A DNA stretch of 62,576 nt, the filler included, from Dugesia japonica (taxonomy: Eukaryota), in assembly GCA_001938525.1 (NCBI GenBank). It is 5 parts of 5 records of this genome, joined end to end, with 100 filler letters (N's around TTAATTAATTAA, not from the genome) between each part and the next. Parts side by side here need not be neighbours in the genome. Positions count along the whole stretch, not along the records: positions 26,921 to 42,523 come from MQRL01615803.1; positions 42,624 to 53,842 come from MQRL01561578.1; 3 more parts are not named here. One strand, given 5' to 3'. The position numbers and the translations under genes are program-made. Shown piece by piece: positions 38,331 through 51,784 of this stretch (the stretch's first letter is position 1; the number at the start of each line of letters is the position of its first letter). The notes under the pieces are model-generated. The model saw only the letters and a list, made by a program, of their open reading frames with translations. It made no database searches and had not been told where the DNA came from.

Positions 38331-38536
38331 TTTGAGCAGGATTCTCTAATCCTCTCCTTGTAGTCGGCGGTACTCTATTTGCTGATTCAAAGACAGGTAT
38401 TTCGTTATTTTCATATTAATTTCATATCTTAGTGGTTCATTGTTTTGATGTATCTGTTCATTTCATTCTTTGGAATTAACTGTCCACTGTGCAAATACAT
38501 TATCAAATATTGTTGATAGCTTTGCAACTTTCTGTT

Positions 38537-39100
38537 TCAATTTTTAATATCATTATTTGCACTTAGTAATGAATTCCAAATAATCATTGCTAATGCCGTC
38601 AAAGCTCGCCCATTTTTAATACCTTGAGCAGCTAACGTATAAATTGTATTCCTGGTATTTTCATCAGGCAATTTCCTTGGTAATTTTCTAATGATTGTCT
38701 TTAGGGACAAGGCTAATTTGCTGGGATCCCATCGTCCAACTTTTTCAATTTTTAACTCAGGTTTTAATACTTTGATTAATTGAAGAATTTTACAGCATGT
38801 GTCTGACATTGCTGGCTCATTCTTTACATCTTCTTGATCAATTTCATCAATTATGGCTTCTAATTCCCAGGCTTGGATTTCTCTGACAACTGTTTTGTCC
38901 ACCGGCTCGACATTAGTATTCTTTTTTGGTCTACCTCTCTTTTCAATTCTTTGTTGTCTTCCCTCTGCTGATTCTCCCAGATTGTTACCTTGTACATTTC
39001 TGATATCACTTGCTTCCTCAGAGAATATTTTTTGTGGTATATTCAGTAAATTTACCGGTTCTGGCAGTAGATATAAAAAGGCGCGATTGAATCATCCCCC
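38537..39100 (-). other. Uncharacterised coding remnant upstream of the glycoprotein
   Basis: ORF 38537..38902 is preceded in frame by an AT-hook-like KRGRPKK. Resembles a retroelement post-integrase tail, but no domain is identified. Confidence 0.35.
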
Positions 39101-39400
39101 TCATCTATAAATTCCTGGGTTAAAACGGGGCTCCAGAAGAGGTAGTAAAAAACCCGCAAAAAAAGGCTAAAAAATAGAAAAAATTGAAAAAATCGACAAA
39201 ATATCGTCTTTTTGAAAAAAGTTAAAATTTCCAAAAAATTGAAAATCAAAAAATGATGTCTATGGATTAGAGTCAAATTTTTCTGGGTGATAAATGGTAG
39301 CTTGTAGAATATAAAATTAGGAAAAATGAGTTAAAGGTCTTAGACCAAATTTTTTTAGACAAAAATACATGGGAGAAAAATTAATTGAGATTTTGCTTGG

Positions 39401-39487
39401 TTTGTAGTTTGTAGTTTGTAGTTTGTAGCTTGTAGTTTGTAGCTTGTAGCTTGTAGTTTGTAGTTTGTAGCTTGTAGATTGTAGATT
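39401..39487. repeat. Heptamer tandem repeat (YTTGTAG)n, about 12 copies
   Basis: Direct reading; abuts the stop codon of pPolB 2. Confidence 0.9.
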
Positions 39488-39493
39488 ATTGAC

Positions 39494-42400
39494 TTAAAAA
39501 TATCCAAATGGTAGAGTAGTTATTCCATCTGATAGAATAAATCGTTTGTCATCAAATGGAGTAATTGCTTTTTTCTCTTGTTTAGTTTGTTTTACCTGAT
39601 GAAGTTTAGAATTTATAGAGTAATTAGTTCCTGTTATTATTGAATTATTATACAAAACATTTCTATATTGTTCTGATGTAAACTTATTTGTATTACTTAC
39701 TCCTTTATGTTTCTTTAAATCCTTACTTTCTTTAACTAGATAATATGATTTAGCCTTTATGAAAAATGCTTCTTTAATTATTTCATTAGGATATTCATCC
39801 TTCATTTGGAATAAATTACTTCCAAATAAATCTTTAATTTTAGTTTTTTCTGAAAATTCTTTCCAAGATTGATTAGGATGTATAAATTCAATCATTAAAG
39901 AATCTGTATCACTGTAGTGAATTTTCCATTGATCAGCTATATTATTAGGAATTAATACATTTAATTGATTATATACAAAATTGTACATGATTAATTTTGC
40001 ATAATCTAATACAAAGAATCCTATGTATTGAAATTTGTTGTACATAATTAAATTTTTAAATGTTTTTATTAATGCTACTTCTTCATTAATTATAGTAGAT
40101 GATCTATATNNNNNNNNNNNNNNNNNNNNNNNNNNNNNNNNNNNNNNNNNNNNNNNNNNNNNNNNNNNNNNNNNNNNNNNNNNNNNNNNNNNNNNNNNNN
40201 NNNNNNCGTTATTTAATAGTTTGAAAAATGAATTTCCAAAGTCATCGTTATTGACTTTTGCCTCATCTCTTGAATTAATATTTGTAATTATGTAGTCTTT
40301 AAGCCAATATTTAGTGGGAATGATTATTTTGCTATGAACTTTGGAAAGAATCATTCCCTGATCAATGTAAAAATCCAAAACTTGACCTAAAACTATATAA
40401 TTATATTTATTTTTTTGATTCATGATTAATTTTTCGTATTTAGACTGTTTTTGATTAGCTAATTTTAATAATTCTTTTTGATAGTCACTTAGTTCATCAT
40501 ATGAAACTGATTGTTTATCTACTGCAAATGGATAATATTTACTTTTTTCTTTAATATTTTCTGGATATATTAAATCAACTGTATAAATATAATCCATATA
40601 AATCTTTTCTCCATTAAAGACTTTGTAATTATCATTAGTTCCAACATAAGTTTTGCTGTTATCCCAACTCATTTCACCCCAAGGTAATCGTTTTGTCATC
40701 GATGCAGCATATAAACTATTCTCATCTAGACATTTTAAGGTATGAAATTCATCAGCTATTACATGTCGATTACCACAAACTCCTGAAAATCCTCCTCTGA
40801 TTCCTTGTTCTATAGTTAGAAACATGTCAAAGTTTAAAGGATTAGCATTTATCAATTCTACTTTAGATACTTTCATACCAATTTCCCAAGTTAATCCTGG
40901 AGCACTATAGCAGTATGTGGGATCAATTTCATTCCTTTCTAATGATAAAGCCCTAAAGTTTTCGAAAAAATCTGCTAGAATTAGGACATCAAGTTTCATG
41001 TAATGTAGTGTATAAGCCATTAGGTTGTTAAAATTTGAATATTCTTTTAGAAATATTTGATAATCAGATTCAGATAGATTAGTTTGTCGTAAAACATTAA
41101 AAAAGTCATTGATATTTGGTTTGTACTTTAATAGTTTTCTTTTTAATTCTGTATAATTTTCCCCACTTACATAATCATATGGATAGATTCCTTTAAATGG
41201 TTTGAGATTAAAACTAGTCAAATGAGGATAGTTTTTACTTTTTAATAAATCCTGACCCATTTTTCCAACAGAATGTCCACTACACATTCTAAGAGAATCT
41301 AGAAATCTTAATCTTTCTATTGAAAAAGAAATGTAAACATCATCATTTAAAGGAATTAGATTACTAATTTTATCAGGATGAGATTTACATAATTCCTTAA
41401 AAACGAAATGATTATCAAATTTAGAAGCATTATGTGCATAAACTGGTATGAAATACTTACTTCTAGATTCAAATTTCTTTACACATTCATGATGTACATA
41501 TCCTCTAAAATCTCCTGTCCATGGATTTATTGATAAATAACTACATGGTAATGGCTTACATGCTAATGACTTACAATAATAACACTTTTCATGTTTTAGA
41601 TTAATATTCTCACTAAGCGGTATAGATTTATGTCTTTTCTTAATCATGATTTCAAATAATTTATTAAATGTTAGTAACCAATCAATGAATTTAGATATAC
41701 AATCTACTCCTGTGAAATATTGTTAGATATTTTCAACTAAAGGATGATTACTTACTAGATATAAACCTAAAGCAAATGGAATTAATTCATTATTGGAATC
41801 AAGATTAGAATTGGAATCTTTATTGGAACCAAGTTTATAAGTTTCAATATCAAAGTAGATGGTAAATGGATTTTTATTTTTCATATAAAACTTGTTAAAC
41901 TTGTATGATTTTTCAAAAGCGAATTTAATATCTGCTTCTTTATGCTTTAAACAAATCTTTTGATGATTAATTAAAGATTCTTTATTTCTTTTCCAGTTCA
42001 TACAATTGATACACAATTCATTAATATGTTTAGATTTAGTATTTATTTCATTAAGATTTCTAATTAAAATGTAGTGTCCATTTTGAGAATGGTTACCCAA
42101 AAATAATAGATTACATTTATTAACTCCAGTTAACTGGTCATATGAAGGATTAGTATCAAAGTGTGAACAATAGAGCTTTTGTATTCTAGGCTTTCCAGTT
42201 GAGGGATCATTAGAATCCAGCTTACTGGGAATAACTTCAAAGACATTAACTTTAAAATCATTCAATCTTTCAAATTTTGGTATATTTTTTATTTCCATTG
42301 GCATAGTAATTCCTGTCCAATCTAACTTGTTAGTCTCTAGTTTAAATACTTTTTGATAATTAAAAACTGAATCTCCTAAAGAAGGATCAAGATGAGCCAT

Positions 42401-42523
42401 TATACAATATTTAAAGCAATTGAAATCATTATTTGGATTTTTAATATTTACAATTTCTGAAATATTATTCCATTCTGATGGTAAAGGAGAATAATCTTGT
42501 CCAGCTAGCTGACCAACTAAAGA
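39494..42523 (-). pseudogene. Second Polinton pPolB, intein-free, 5'-truncated at contig end, one in-frame stop at 41723-41725
   Basis: FDIETY, HNASKFDNH, FLDS, KGIYPYDY, LDENSLY, KLLNN, IHYSDTDS, KAKSY, DDKR...TLPFGY. Confidence 0.93.
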
Positions 42524-42623
42524 NNNNNNNNNNNNNNNNNNNNNNNNNNNNNNNNNNNNNNNNNNNNTTAATTAATTAANNNNNNNNNNNNNNNNNNNNN
42601 NNNNNNNNNNNNNNNNNNNNNNN
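42524..42623. other. Artificial contig spacer
   Basis: 44N-TTAATTAATTAA-44N. Confidence 0.9.
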
Positions 42624-42651
42624 TTCAAATTAATTTTGTATTACCCCATAT

Positions 42652-42821
42652 CATTGGAGTAGCCAAAGGGGCGGAGGGTTAGGGGGTTAAACCCCTCCCG
42701 TGGAGTTTGAAAAAAAATTCATTTTCTGATGTGACTTCATGTGCCTAAAAAAGGTCATCTACTTAAATAATAAAAAAACAAACAATTATTATATCAAAAT
42801 TGCTTTTCCTACTTTATTCCC

Positions 42822-42877
<56 letters not shown>

Positions 42878-43578
42878 NNNNNNNNNNNNNNNNNNNNNNN
42901 NNNNNNNNNNNNNNNNNNNNNNNNNNNNNNNNNNNNNNNNNNNNNNNNNNNNNNNNNNNNNNNNNNNNNNNNNNNNNNNNNNNNNNNNNNNNNNNNNNNN
43001 NNNNNNNNNNNNNNNNNNNNNNNTGACGTCATTATGTAATACTTGGCATCTTTGTTATTTTATGTTAGTAAACGAAAACAAAAATTTTAACAATAACTAA
43101 AAATTTAAAATTTAGAAAAAATTGTTTACATTTAGTAAGTTTAGAAATATACAATGTATATTTCTAATCCAAGCTTGCTTAGACATTTGACAGATGGTCG
43201 TAAAAAGGTGATGATAATGTATAAGTACAGTGTCATAATATCAGTAAAATAATAATTATACAATTTTGGAATTTTTTTCCCTTAAATTGGAACTAATAAT
43301 CGGCCAAAAATAAGCTCGATTCCATGTTAAATGCCACCAAATGCGCTGGCGGCTGGGGGAACTTACGATGCTACCCAAACCCCCTAATTGCGTGCGCTCG
43401 CACTTTTCGTCAACACGAGACCCCGTAGTTTTGCTACACCAATATTAAATTACTTCCAGCTAGCGTTCCGCTTACTAAAACTTTCCATTTCGAGCATCTC
43501 CTCGGGCTCCGCCTTGGCTTTCTATGTCAGTGATCTCAAACCCAAACCTCCCTTCATATATTCCTGGCTACGGCACTG
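42652..43578. mobile_element. Non-autonomous hAT-type element containing a (TAT)n tract
   Basis: TIRs CATTGGAGTAGCCA / TGGCTACGGCACTG. 8-bp TSD CCCCATAT / TCCCATAT (7/8). Confidence 0.7.
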
Positions 43579-44849
43579 TCCCATATGTAGTCAAAATAAT
43601 ATCATATGTAATATTTATATAAAATAATTGATTTTTTAATCACTATTATTAGAGTTATAGTAGTGCCTTTGTTGAATGTAAATCCATGGTTTATGGGCTC
43701 TTTAAGTAAGTAACGACTTATAGTAGCCTTCATGACTGTTTGGATTATTGCAAAAATATGAAAGAGCACTCCTGCTCAATTTTTTATATGCTGTCGATGA
43801 TTCTCATTTTTTACCAGAGTACATATACGTTTGAGTTATTTTGCCATCCATAATTATCACGTTTAGTTTGTTATGTAAAGAGCTTTATGATATACCACAA
43901 TCTTTGTATTTTTAATCCTTTTCATTATTTAGTGTGGAGTCTGTTCTCTGCTTATCTATTCCATTAAAAATTTCTGTGACATATCTTCCTCATTTATTTT
44001 GCTATCATATTAACTTATTTGTATTAATTATTTTAATACACTGGTTACAAAATATTTTTTTTCCTAAAAAACATTAAAAGCTTACTGAAAATTTAACTAA
44101 TCAATATTATTGAGGACGAGAAAACTTTTACATAAGAGTTTACTACTTAAATAGTTTACCATGTATTTACAAAGATAATTTTCAGAAGTAAATATTAAAA
44201 CTAGAATATAAAGGTGTATTAATAATCAACCTTAATAATAATTAGTAACATTTAAGTACTTGCATCGGGTAAAAATGAAACGACAAATATTTGCCTAGCT
44301 ATATCTAACATTGTTACAACTACTTATGAACTATTAATTACTTAAAAAATTTGTATTTCTTAATTTATAAACATTTTCATTTTTACCAAGAATATACCTT
44401 GAGAACCTGATCAGAATAATCACTCGCGATTGTTGGCGTTCATTTTCATTATGGGAACTCAATTTTTTCTGTTTAAAAATGGTTATTTAGTAAAACTAAA
44501 ACACAAGTCATTTCACCAAGTTTTGGCACACTATTTAAAACAACCCAGAGTATTTACAAAAGTATTAAATTAAGCACGAAAACCAATCTTAGATTTTAAA
44601 ATTTCTATTTTCTGATACGTTAACGTTCTTGAAATGTCCTAAACAGCTACAAGGATATTTCATATCGGTCCAATTAATTGTTTTACTGGAAAGATTGACT
44701 ATTACTAGACCAACTATCTATGACCAGAACGAAAACATGGACAGATTCCGACAAGAACAAAGATTGTGCTGAAAGTGTTAAATCCACTAGAGTTAAATCT
44801 TCTTGCAAGATTTCCAAATACACATTCAAAAGTTTGCAATACTCAAACC

Positions 44850-44960
44850 GCCATTTTCTAACCATTCGTAGAACTAATTTTTTTTGGTAAAGTTTTTCCC
44901 CTGTGAATCCTGTACAACAGATTTTTTGAACTCTAGCGAATAAAGTTTTCTAGAACACAT
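44850..44960 (-). mobile_element. Possible pogo/Tigger transposase N-terminal HTH remnant
   Basis: MCSRKLYSLEFKKSVVQ...LRMVRKWR across a frameshift. Confidence 0.35.
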
Positions 44961-45681
44961 TTTTAGGTGGTGATTTAAAAAGTTTATATTTTTAAATCAA
45001 TTAATATTGATTTATTAACAAGGTCTTATTTAATGAATAGAGCTTTAGTTTAAAAGTTCAAAAATCTTAGATTTATTTAATTAGGGTTTATTTAATGAGT
45101 AAAACTAACATTATGGAAAACACGGTAAACATCAAGTTGAAATTGCGAATAAAACCCACCAATTTCTATTTCTATCAAACTAGTTCCAAATTTAAAGTGA
45201 TAAAATATCAATTGAAGATATAAGGGACTTTGAAAAGAGGTTTATTTAAGTTATTATTATAATCATATAAATCATTATCCGAGCAGTTTGTTAAGTGAAA
45301 ATACATATTAATGTCTATTTTTCTTTTTGAAATTCTAAAATTCAAATTAGTTATATAAATCTAAAAAACAAAATACAAAGAAAATTAATAATAAATACTT
45401 TCTAAATTGAAGCAGTAACTTAGTAAATTGAAACGATTGTAATTTTACAATTGTAATCTTATACAATACTTGTGATGATTAGATTTTCCAAAATTGTGAA
45501 AATTGACAGTAATTCCGGTAAACCCAAATCTCCTTGATTTCCAAAGCTCTGTTCTTAGAAGTTGTCGAATATTCATAAGAGAAAATATTGAAATATTTTA
45601 TAATAAAATAGATTATTGAATGTTTTACAATTATTAGTTAAAAGTTATTTCTTTTGATTTACAACTAAATATTTTTGAAAG

Positions 45682-45855
45682 TCGATATTCTATCCTATGT
45701 GGCGTGGAAAATCAGCGGTTTTCCAAGAAGTAGAGTATTTGGTACGGGGACAATGCTGGATTCAGCAAGATTTCGATATCTATTAGGAACAAAACTTGGA
45801 GTAAGTCCAACTAGTATTCATGGATATATAATTGGTGAACATGGTGATCATAGTG
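45682..45855 (+). CDS. ldh: L-lactate dehydrogenase, internal exon with catalytic His
   Basis: [36 protein letters not shown]...[16 protein letters not shown] bounded. Confidence 0.92.
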
Positions 45856-48512
45856 GTAAGTTTTAAATATTTCTGAGAATGTGTGTTATTCACTCAGTTT
45901 CTGAGTATGAATGAACATTCATCGTCATTATTATTTTAAAAATTAAGTATACTCAATTGTATTTATTTCTTTTATAAAATTCTTAGATTTGATTCGAACA
46001 CTTTTCACAATTCACTTTTCTAATAGCTTTTGTCTTAATGACTTTTTTACAGATGGTCTTTCTCTAATGACCTTTAGAGATTTTAAAACATAAATTTCTA
46101 TTAAAAATTTTTTAATTATCAAAAGTTTTATGTTTAAACAATACTTAAAATTTATGAATGAGACATTTTGTGAACAGTGCACTTTTGAATTGGATCATTT
46201 TAAACAAAATTCTTTAGGCCACTTTATATATTTTTTACAATATTGTGTTATCATATGTAATTTTTTTTATAACAGTGTATAAAATTGGTTAGTGGTTATT
46301 AATAAAGATTTAAAAAATATTCATGCACAAAAGATAATGTTGAAACATATACTATATTGTTATATTGCGTTGTAACATAATTTTTGGTGATTTGTTTTAT
46401 ATTGTAAATTATAATATGCAATTTATAATTTTGGAAAAATTATATTTATTGCCAATGGATTACCATCTATTTCGTTCACAGTCAAACGAAATGTCTTNTA
46501 TCACGTTTACAAGGTAGGTGATATTGAAAAGTGGCTCAACAATTTCTCAGAGAACAAGCCTAGTGCATCATGGTGTAATTCTATTGACAGTATAGTAACC
46601 TGGTGGATGCAGGTCATAAATAATTACGGAGATAACATTATTCATTAACTTGTTATAGTAAAAAGAATTGTTCTAAATAAATGTTTTAAATTATTATTAA
46701 AAAATCATGGAAAATTATGTTACAATCCAATATAACAAAACAAATTTCGTTTAAAGTTCAAAATTTCTATATGTATAAAAAAAGGCAAAATAAATTGCTA
46801 TTGAAAGATTTTATAAAATTTAAAAAAAGCTAGCGTTTTAATAAAATGAAGAATTGGGATATCAAATTTTATATAATAATCCAACTGATATGCTTTATAA
46901 TAGAGATTTATTATTGACTTGCTTTAGCTTGGGCTACTCTTATATGCGTATAATTTTTAATCGTCTTATGGATAATTATAGTTAGAGGAGTAGAACTTTT
47001 ACATAACTACTACGTTTGTGGAAATATTGTTCTTAGTTCTTAACAATTTCTTATTCATATAATCAAATTTAACATACATCATAATAACTTCACAAACCTA
47101 ATAATTCTTTTATAAAAAAATTAACTTAACTGTTTTTAATAAATAATAATAATCACACAAACATGAAAAGTTAATTAACAAATCCAACTATTAACTATTT
47201 TAAATAAATGTTTGTTTACATCAAAAGGTTAAATTACAATTATTCGAAATAATTACAAATTCGTTACTAAAACTATGTTTTAAACACTCAAGAAATAAGA
47301 ATTACATAAATAACAATTTATAATTTGAATTCTCGAATCAAAATAAAAATCCACCAACAATAATTTCAATATCAAGTTTTATGTATAAAAATTTAATAAC
47401 ACTTAACAATTTCAAACATTTTTTCAAAAGATCTTCCAAAAGATATTCCAAAAGCAATATTTAAACAAACACTGCTTTTTTAAAACATTTGTCAAGCTTA
47501 ATATTGTTTTTTATTAATATGATAATATTGTTCATAATTAATTATTCCTCATAGTAATATTCCATAGTAATATCTCAGATGAATGGCACAATAGACATTT
47601 TCATTGGTAAAAAGAGTTTTAGATAAATTTTTAATACCCATTAAATTCCAATTTTATTGTCGATGAATTAATTTTATAAATATTAATTCTAAATGATTCC
47701 AATAAATAATTTCTAATAATTAATTAGTTTTTACTCTTAAGTAAAAATATCAATGAAAAATTTTAATTAAAATTTAAAAGTTTTGATTTTATTATAAAAT
47801 TTAGCTTTGTAAAATATTTGGAAATAGTAACTGAAAAACTAAACTCTTAAATGTTTCTTTGAATGACTTTTTAATTAAATGATAACTTGAGGATTGTGAA
47901 AATTATTATTTCACAATTTTCATACATTTGTGTTTTTAGAATTCCATTTTCATTATTTAGACTTAATACAATACTATTGAATTGAAAATGTGAGTGGTTT
48001 TGAAGCGAGTTGAAATTGTTATGCTTCGATTGAAAATTAATTATTAAAAAAAATCTCTTATTTGATAAATTGTAGATCACAAATTAATCAAGAAATTAAA
48101 TTAAATTTTGGTACGAAAATTATGTGTAGTTAAAGATTATTTCAAATATTTTTTTATGAAAATATTTATAAAAATTAAAAATTTGTAAAAGTAAAAATTA
48201 AATATTTTAGTAGCGAATGCTGTTTTATTTAAAAAAATTTTTAAAGAAAAATTAAATAAAATTTTGATAACAAATAATTATTTGCTTAAATTTTCAAAGT
48301 ATTTTAAATGAAGTTTTAATTTAAAATTTTAAATTTATAAGAAAATAATTCCCCATTGAAGCATCGATTTTAATTTGTTTTTTTAACCAAATAATGATGT
48401 TTTAGTTTGTATTTGAAATAAATGTTATGGAATTGAACTCTGATGTTAATGGTTCGAGGAGTTTTCCAAACTCCCCTAACAGAAAATGTGTTAAAATTTG
48501 AAAGAATGTTAT

Positions 48513-51177
48513 AGTTACAATATCGTTGTTCTCTATCATATTTCAATAGCAACTAACTTATTAGAATATTTATTAAATAAAAATAATAAAGTTAATTTGT
48601 TTTATTCAAACAACGTTATTTCGAATTTCCAGAACTCTCCCCTTCTTCAAAACGTTTTCCATCTTTTTAGCCATTCTATTCTTCTAGTTTTCAAACCATT
48701 TAGAAACTTGATTTCTACTTGATGTTCTGATACAAAGCTCACTATCTGGTATGGCCCTTCATACAGTAACCCGTTTTTTCTTTTGTTTGTGTGATTCTAC
48801 TCGGACTAATACTTATTAGAATATTTATTAAATAAAAATAATAGCGTTAATTGGTATTATTCAAACAACGTTATTTCGAATTTCCACAACTCTCCCCTCC
48901 TTCAAAATTAATACCCACTCTCCCTCTTAAAAGTATCTTTTTCTACGCTTATATTTCTCGAAATTTTCCATTTTCTGTCGCACTATCTCTTCCATGTCTG
49001 TCCTTCATTTTGAGAGCATTTTCTCTTTGGTATGCAGATTTATCTTTCGACCAAATACGATTTCGAATGGAGAGAACTTTGTTGACTCTTGTATTGTAGC
49101 ATTTATACTAAATTCTACTCTCGGTAATGATATCTCCCAATCTTTCTCATTACATTTTCTTTTCATTGATATCGTAATCATGTCTCTCACTGTTCGGATC
49201 ATCCGTTCTACCAAACCATTCGATGATACTCTCCAAAATTCGCCATCCACGTCTGGAATTGTGGACTGATTGGTTTCTTTAAATGCTTTGTGGTCTGTTC
49301 TTACTAGAAATCTCTTTCCATACAGATATTGTTTGAATTGTTGTACAAATTCATGTATAGCTAATAGTTCTTTCTTTGTCACATAGTATCCTTTATCAAG
49401 AGCTGTCAAATGCCTAGATCCATACGCTATTGCCACTTCTTTTTCCTCTTTGCATTGACTAAAGGCTGTGCCTAAAGCCCCAAATAGCGTAAGTGTCTAA
49501 AATGAACATCCAATCCTCCCTTGGATACTTTAATACTGGAGCACTACATAACTTGTCTTTTAACGTATTGGAACTGTTCTGGCATGCTTCTGTCCAAACT
49601 AACGGTTTGTTGCAACCTAAAGTTGCTTCATATAAAGAAGCTGATATCTTTGCATAATCTTTTATGAAACGCCTATAGTAGTTTGTTAGTCCGAGAAACG
49701 AATGGAGTTTTGAAGAACATTCTGGAACTATAGCATTCTTAATCTTCTGAATCTTAACTTCTTTAGTGCGTATACCAGTTACACTAACTGTATGTCNCAA
49801 GAATAACACTNCTTTCTGATAAAACTTACATTTCTCAGGGTTTATTCTTAATCCCGAGTCTCTGATCCTGTAAAAAACTGTCTCTAACCTTTTTTCAGGA
49901 TCCTCTAAAGTTTTTTTGTACACCAGAATCTTGTCCAGATATACAACTCCTTTGAAAATTAATCCCTACAATAGCTCGTGCATTAAATTTTAAAAAGTGG
50001 CCGGTGCTGTATTTAATCCAAAAGGCATTCGGTTAAATCTGAATTGACCTTGCTTTGTACTGAAGCAGTGACATCTCTTGATTTTTCCACTAACTCCACT
50101 TGGTAATAAGCTTGGACCAGATCAATCTATGAAAATATTTCCGAGCTAGATAAACAATATAATAATAACCGAATGTCTGGCATTGGAAAAAAGACTTTTT
50201 TCACTTGTCTGTAATTTACGCACATTCTTATCGAGCCGTCCTTTTTACCCACAATAACTAATGGAGAATTACAATTACTAATACACCTGTTGATCACACC
50301 AAACTTTGCTAATTCTTTAATCATATCTTCAATTTTATTTTCTAAATGCATCGGCTGTCTTTTAGGGAGCGGCACTATTGGATCTCCTTTGCCTTTTATT
50401 TCATGTATTACTTTTCTCGTATGCCCATTATCGAATTCTAGATCAACTGAATTATATTTCTCGTATCTATTCCTTTTAACACCTTCAACGTGTTATTTTT
50501 TCTATCTTCATCAGAATATGTTATCCTCAGATTCTCATTTTCGATGCTATTTATTTCTGTTAATTTCAATCCAAATCTTTGCATTGTATCAATACTGCCT
50601 ATTAATTCAAGGTGGATCTGTCTAACTAATTTTCCTGCTTTCTTGTTCCACTGTATACTTAGTTTTCCTAAATTTTTAATACCCATTAAATTCCAATTTT
50701 ATTGTCGATGAATTAATTTTATAAATATTAATTCTAAATGATTCCAATAAATGTTTCTGTGAACCATCTTTTGGCTTACTCCGTTTTGAAATCAATCTTT
50801 TTAAAATATTTCCAAAGAATTTCTGCTTCATCCAATAATAGTAAATCAAAGATATCCAACAAATTGCAATAGTTAACGATTGTCCACTCCTCGATATCCT
50901 TAAACCATTTCAAAGCTTCTTCTGCAATTTTTCCGTCAAATTTTCTGACGTTAAAATTTATTAATTCTTGCGCTTTTTTTGGTTACACATGTAAGATTGC
51001 TTTCCGTTGATGCTGCCTTGCCATCGCATTTTTACAGTCCTGGCATGGTAGTCAGTTACAATATCCTTGTCATTTATCATATTTCAATGACAACTAACTG
51101 ATTAGAATATTTATTAAATTAAAATAATAACGTTAATTCCTATTATTCAAACCATGCTATTTCGAATTTCCATAACT
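48513..51177 (-). mobile_element. Internally deleted Ty3/Gypsy element in the LDH intron, with 124-bp LTRs
   Basis: Direct repeats 48513-48636 and 51054-51177 bounded by AGTTA...AACT; TSD GTTAT/GTAAT; PPT AAGAAGGGGAG; PBS-like sequence next to the 5' LTR; RT, RNase H (VRTDHK) and integrase fragments. Confidence 0.85.
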
Positions 51178-51497
51178 GTAATTTTTACCAAAAGAAATTG
51201 TCAATAAGATATTTCCCATCGTTACTTTTGACTTTTTAATAACAGTTAACAAGTTTCTTTGAATTTTGAATGACATAATATTTACTAAAACTATTTTTGG
51301 CAAATATTTTCATAGACAAAAAACGATAATTACTTATTCTTCAACTAAATATAAATGTTTTTAACAATCAGAAATGTGATTTTGTAAAGTAAAATGACTA
51401 ATAATAGAAAACAAAAAATAGCAATAAAATAAAACTAGTTGTATAACACACACAACCAATAATTTTAAAGCAAAGAAATAAATAAAGCATTATTTAG

Positions 51498-51615
51498 TGC
51501 CTGTATGGAGCACAGTAAATGTAGCAGGAAATACTTTAAAAGCTATGCTTCCAAAGCTTGGTGCTCCTGATGATCCGGATGAGTTTTGTGAAATTTATAA
51601 TGAAGTGGTTAAGAG
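51498..51615 (+). CDS. ldh: L-lactate dehydrogenase exon
   Basis: VPVWSTVNVAGNTLKAMLPKLGAPDDPDEFCEIYNEVVK; phase-compatible with the previous exon. Confidence 0.9.
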
Positions 51616-51660
51616 GTTAATTTGTCAAAATCAATTATAATCTTAATGAAAATCAATTAG

Positions 51661-51784
51661 TGCACACAACATTATCAAATTAAAAGGTTATACTTCATGG
51701 GCCATTGGTTCAACGGTTGCCGCATTATGCAATGCCATTTTAAAGAATCGACAAAATATTTATGCTTTATCGACTTTAACAAAG
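51661..51784 (+). CDS. ldh: L-lactate dehydrogenase exon
   Basis: SAHNIIKLKGYTSWAIGSTVAALCNAILKNRQNIYALSTLTK after a 45-bp intron. Confidence 0.92.

Noticed and set aside
42739-43039. Poly-Tyr/Ile ORFs
   Set aside because: Translations of a (TAT)n microsatellite and an N gap.
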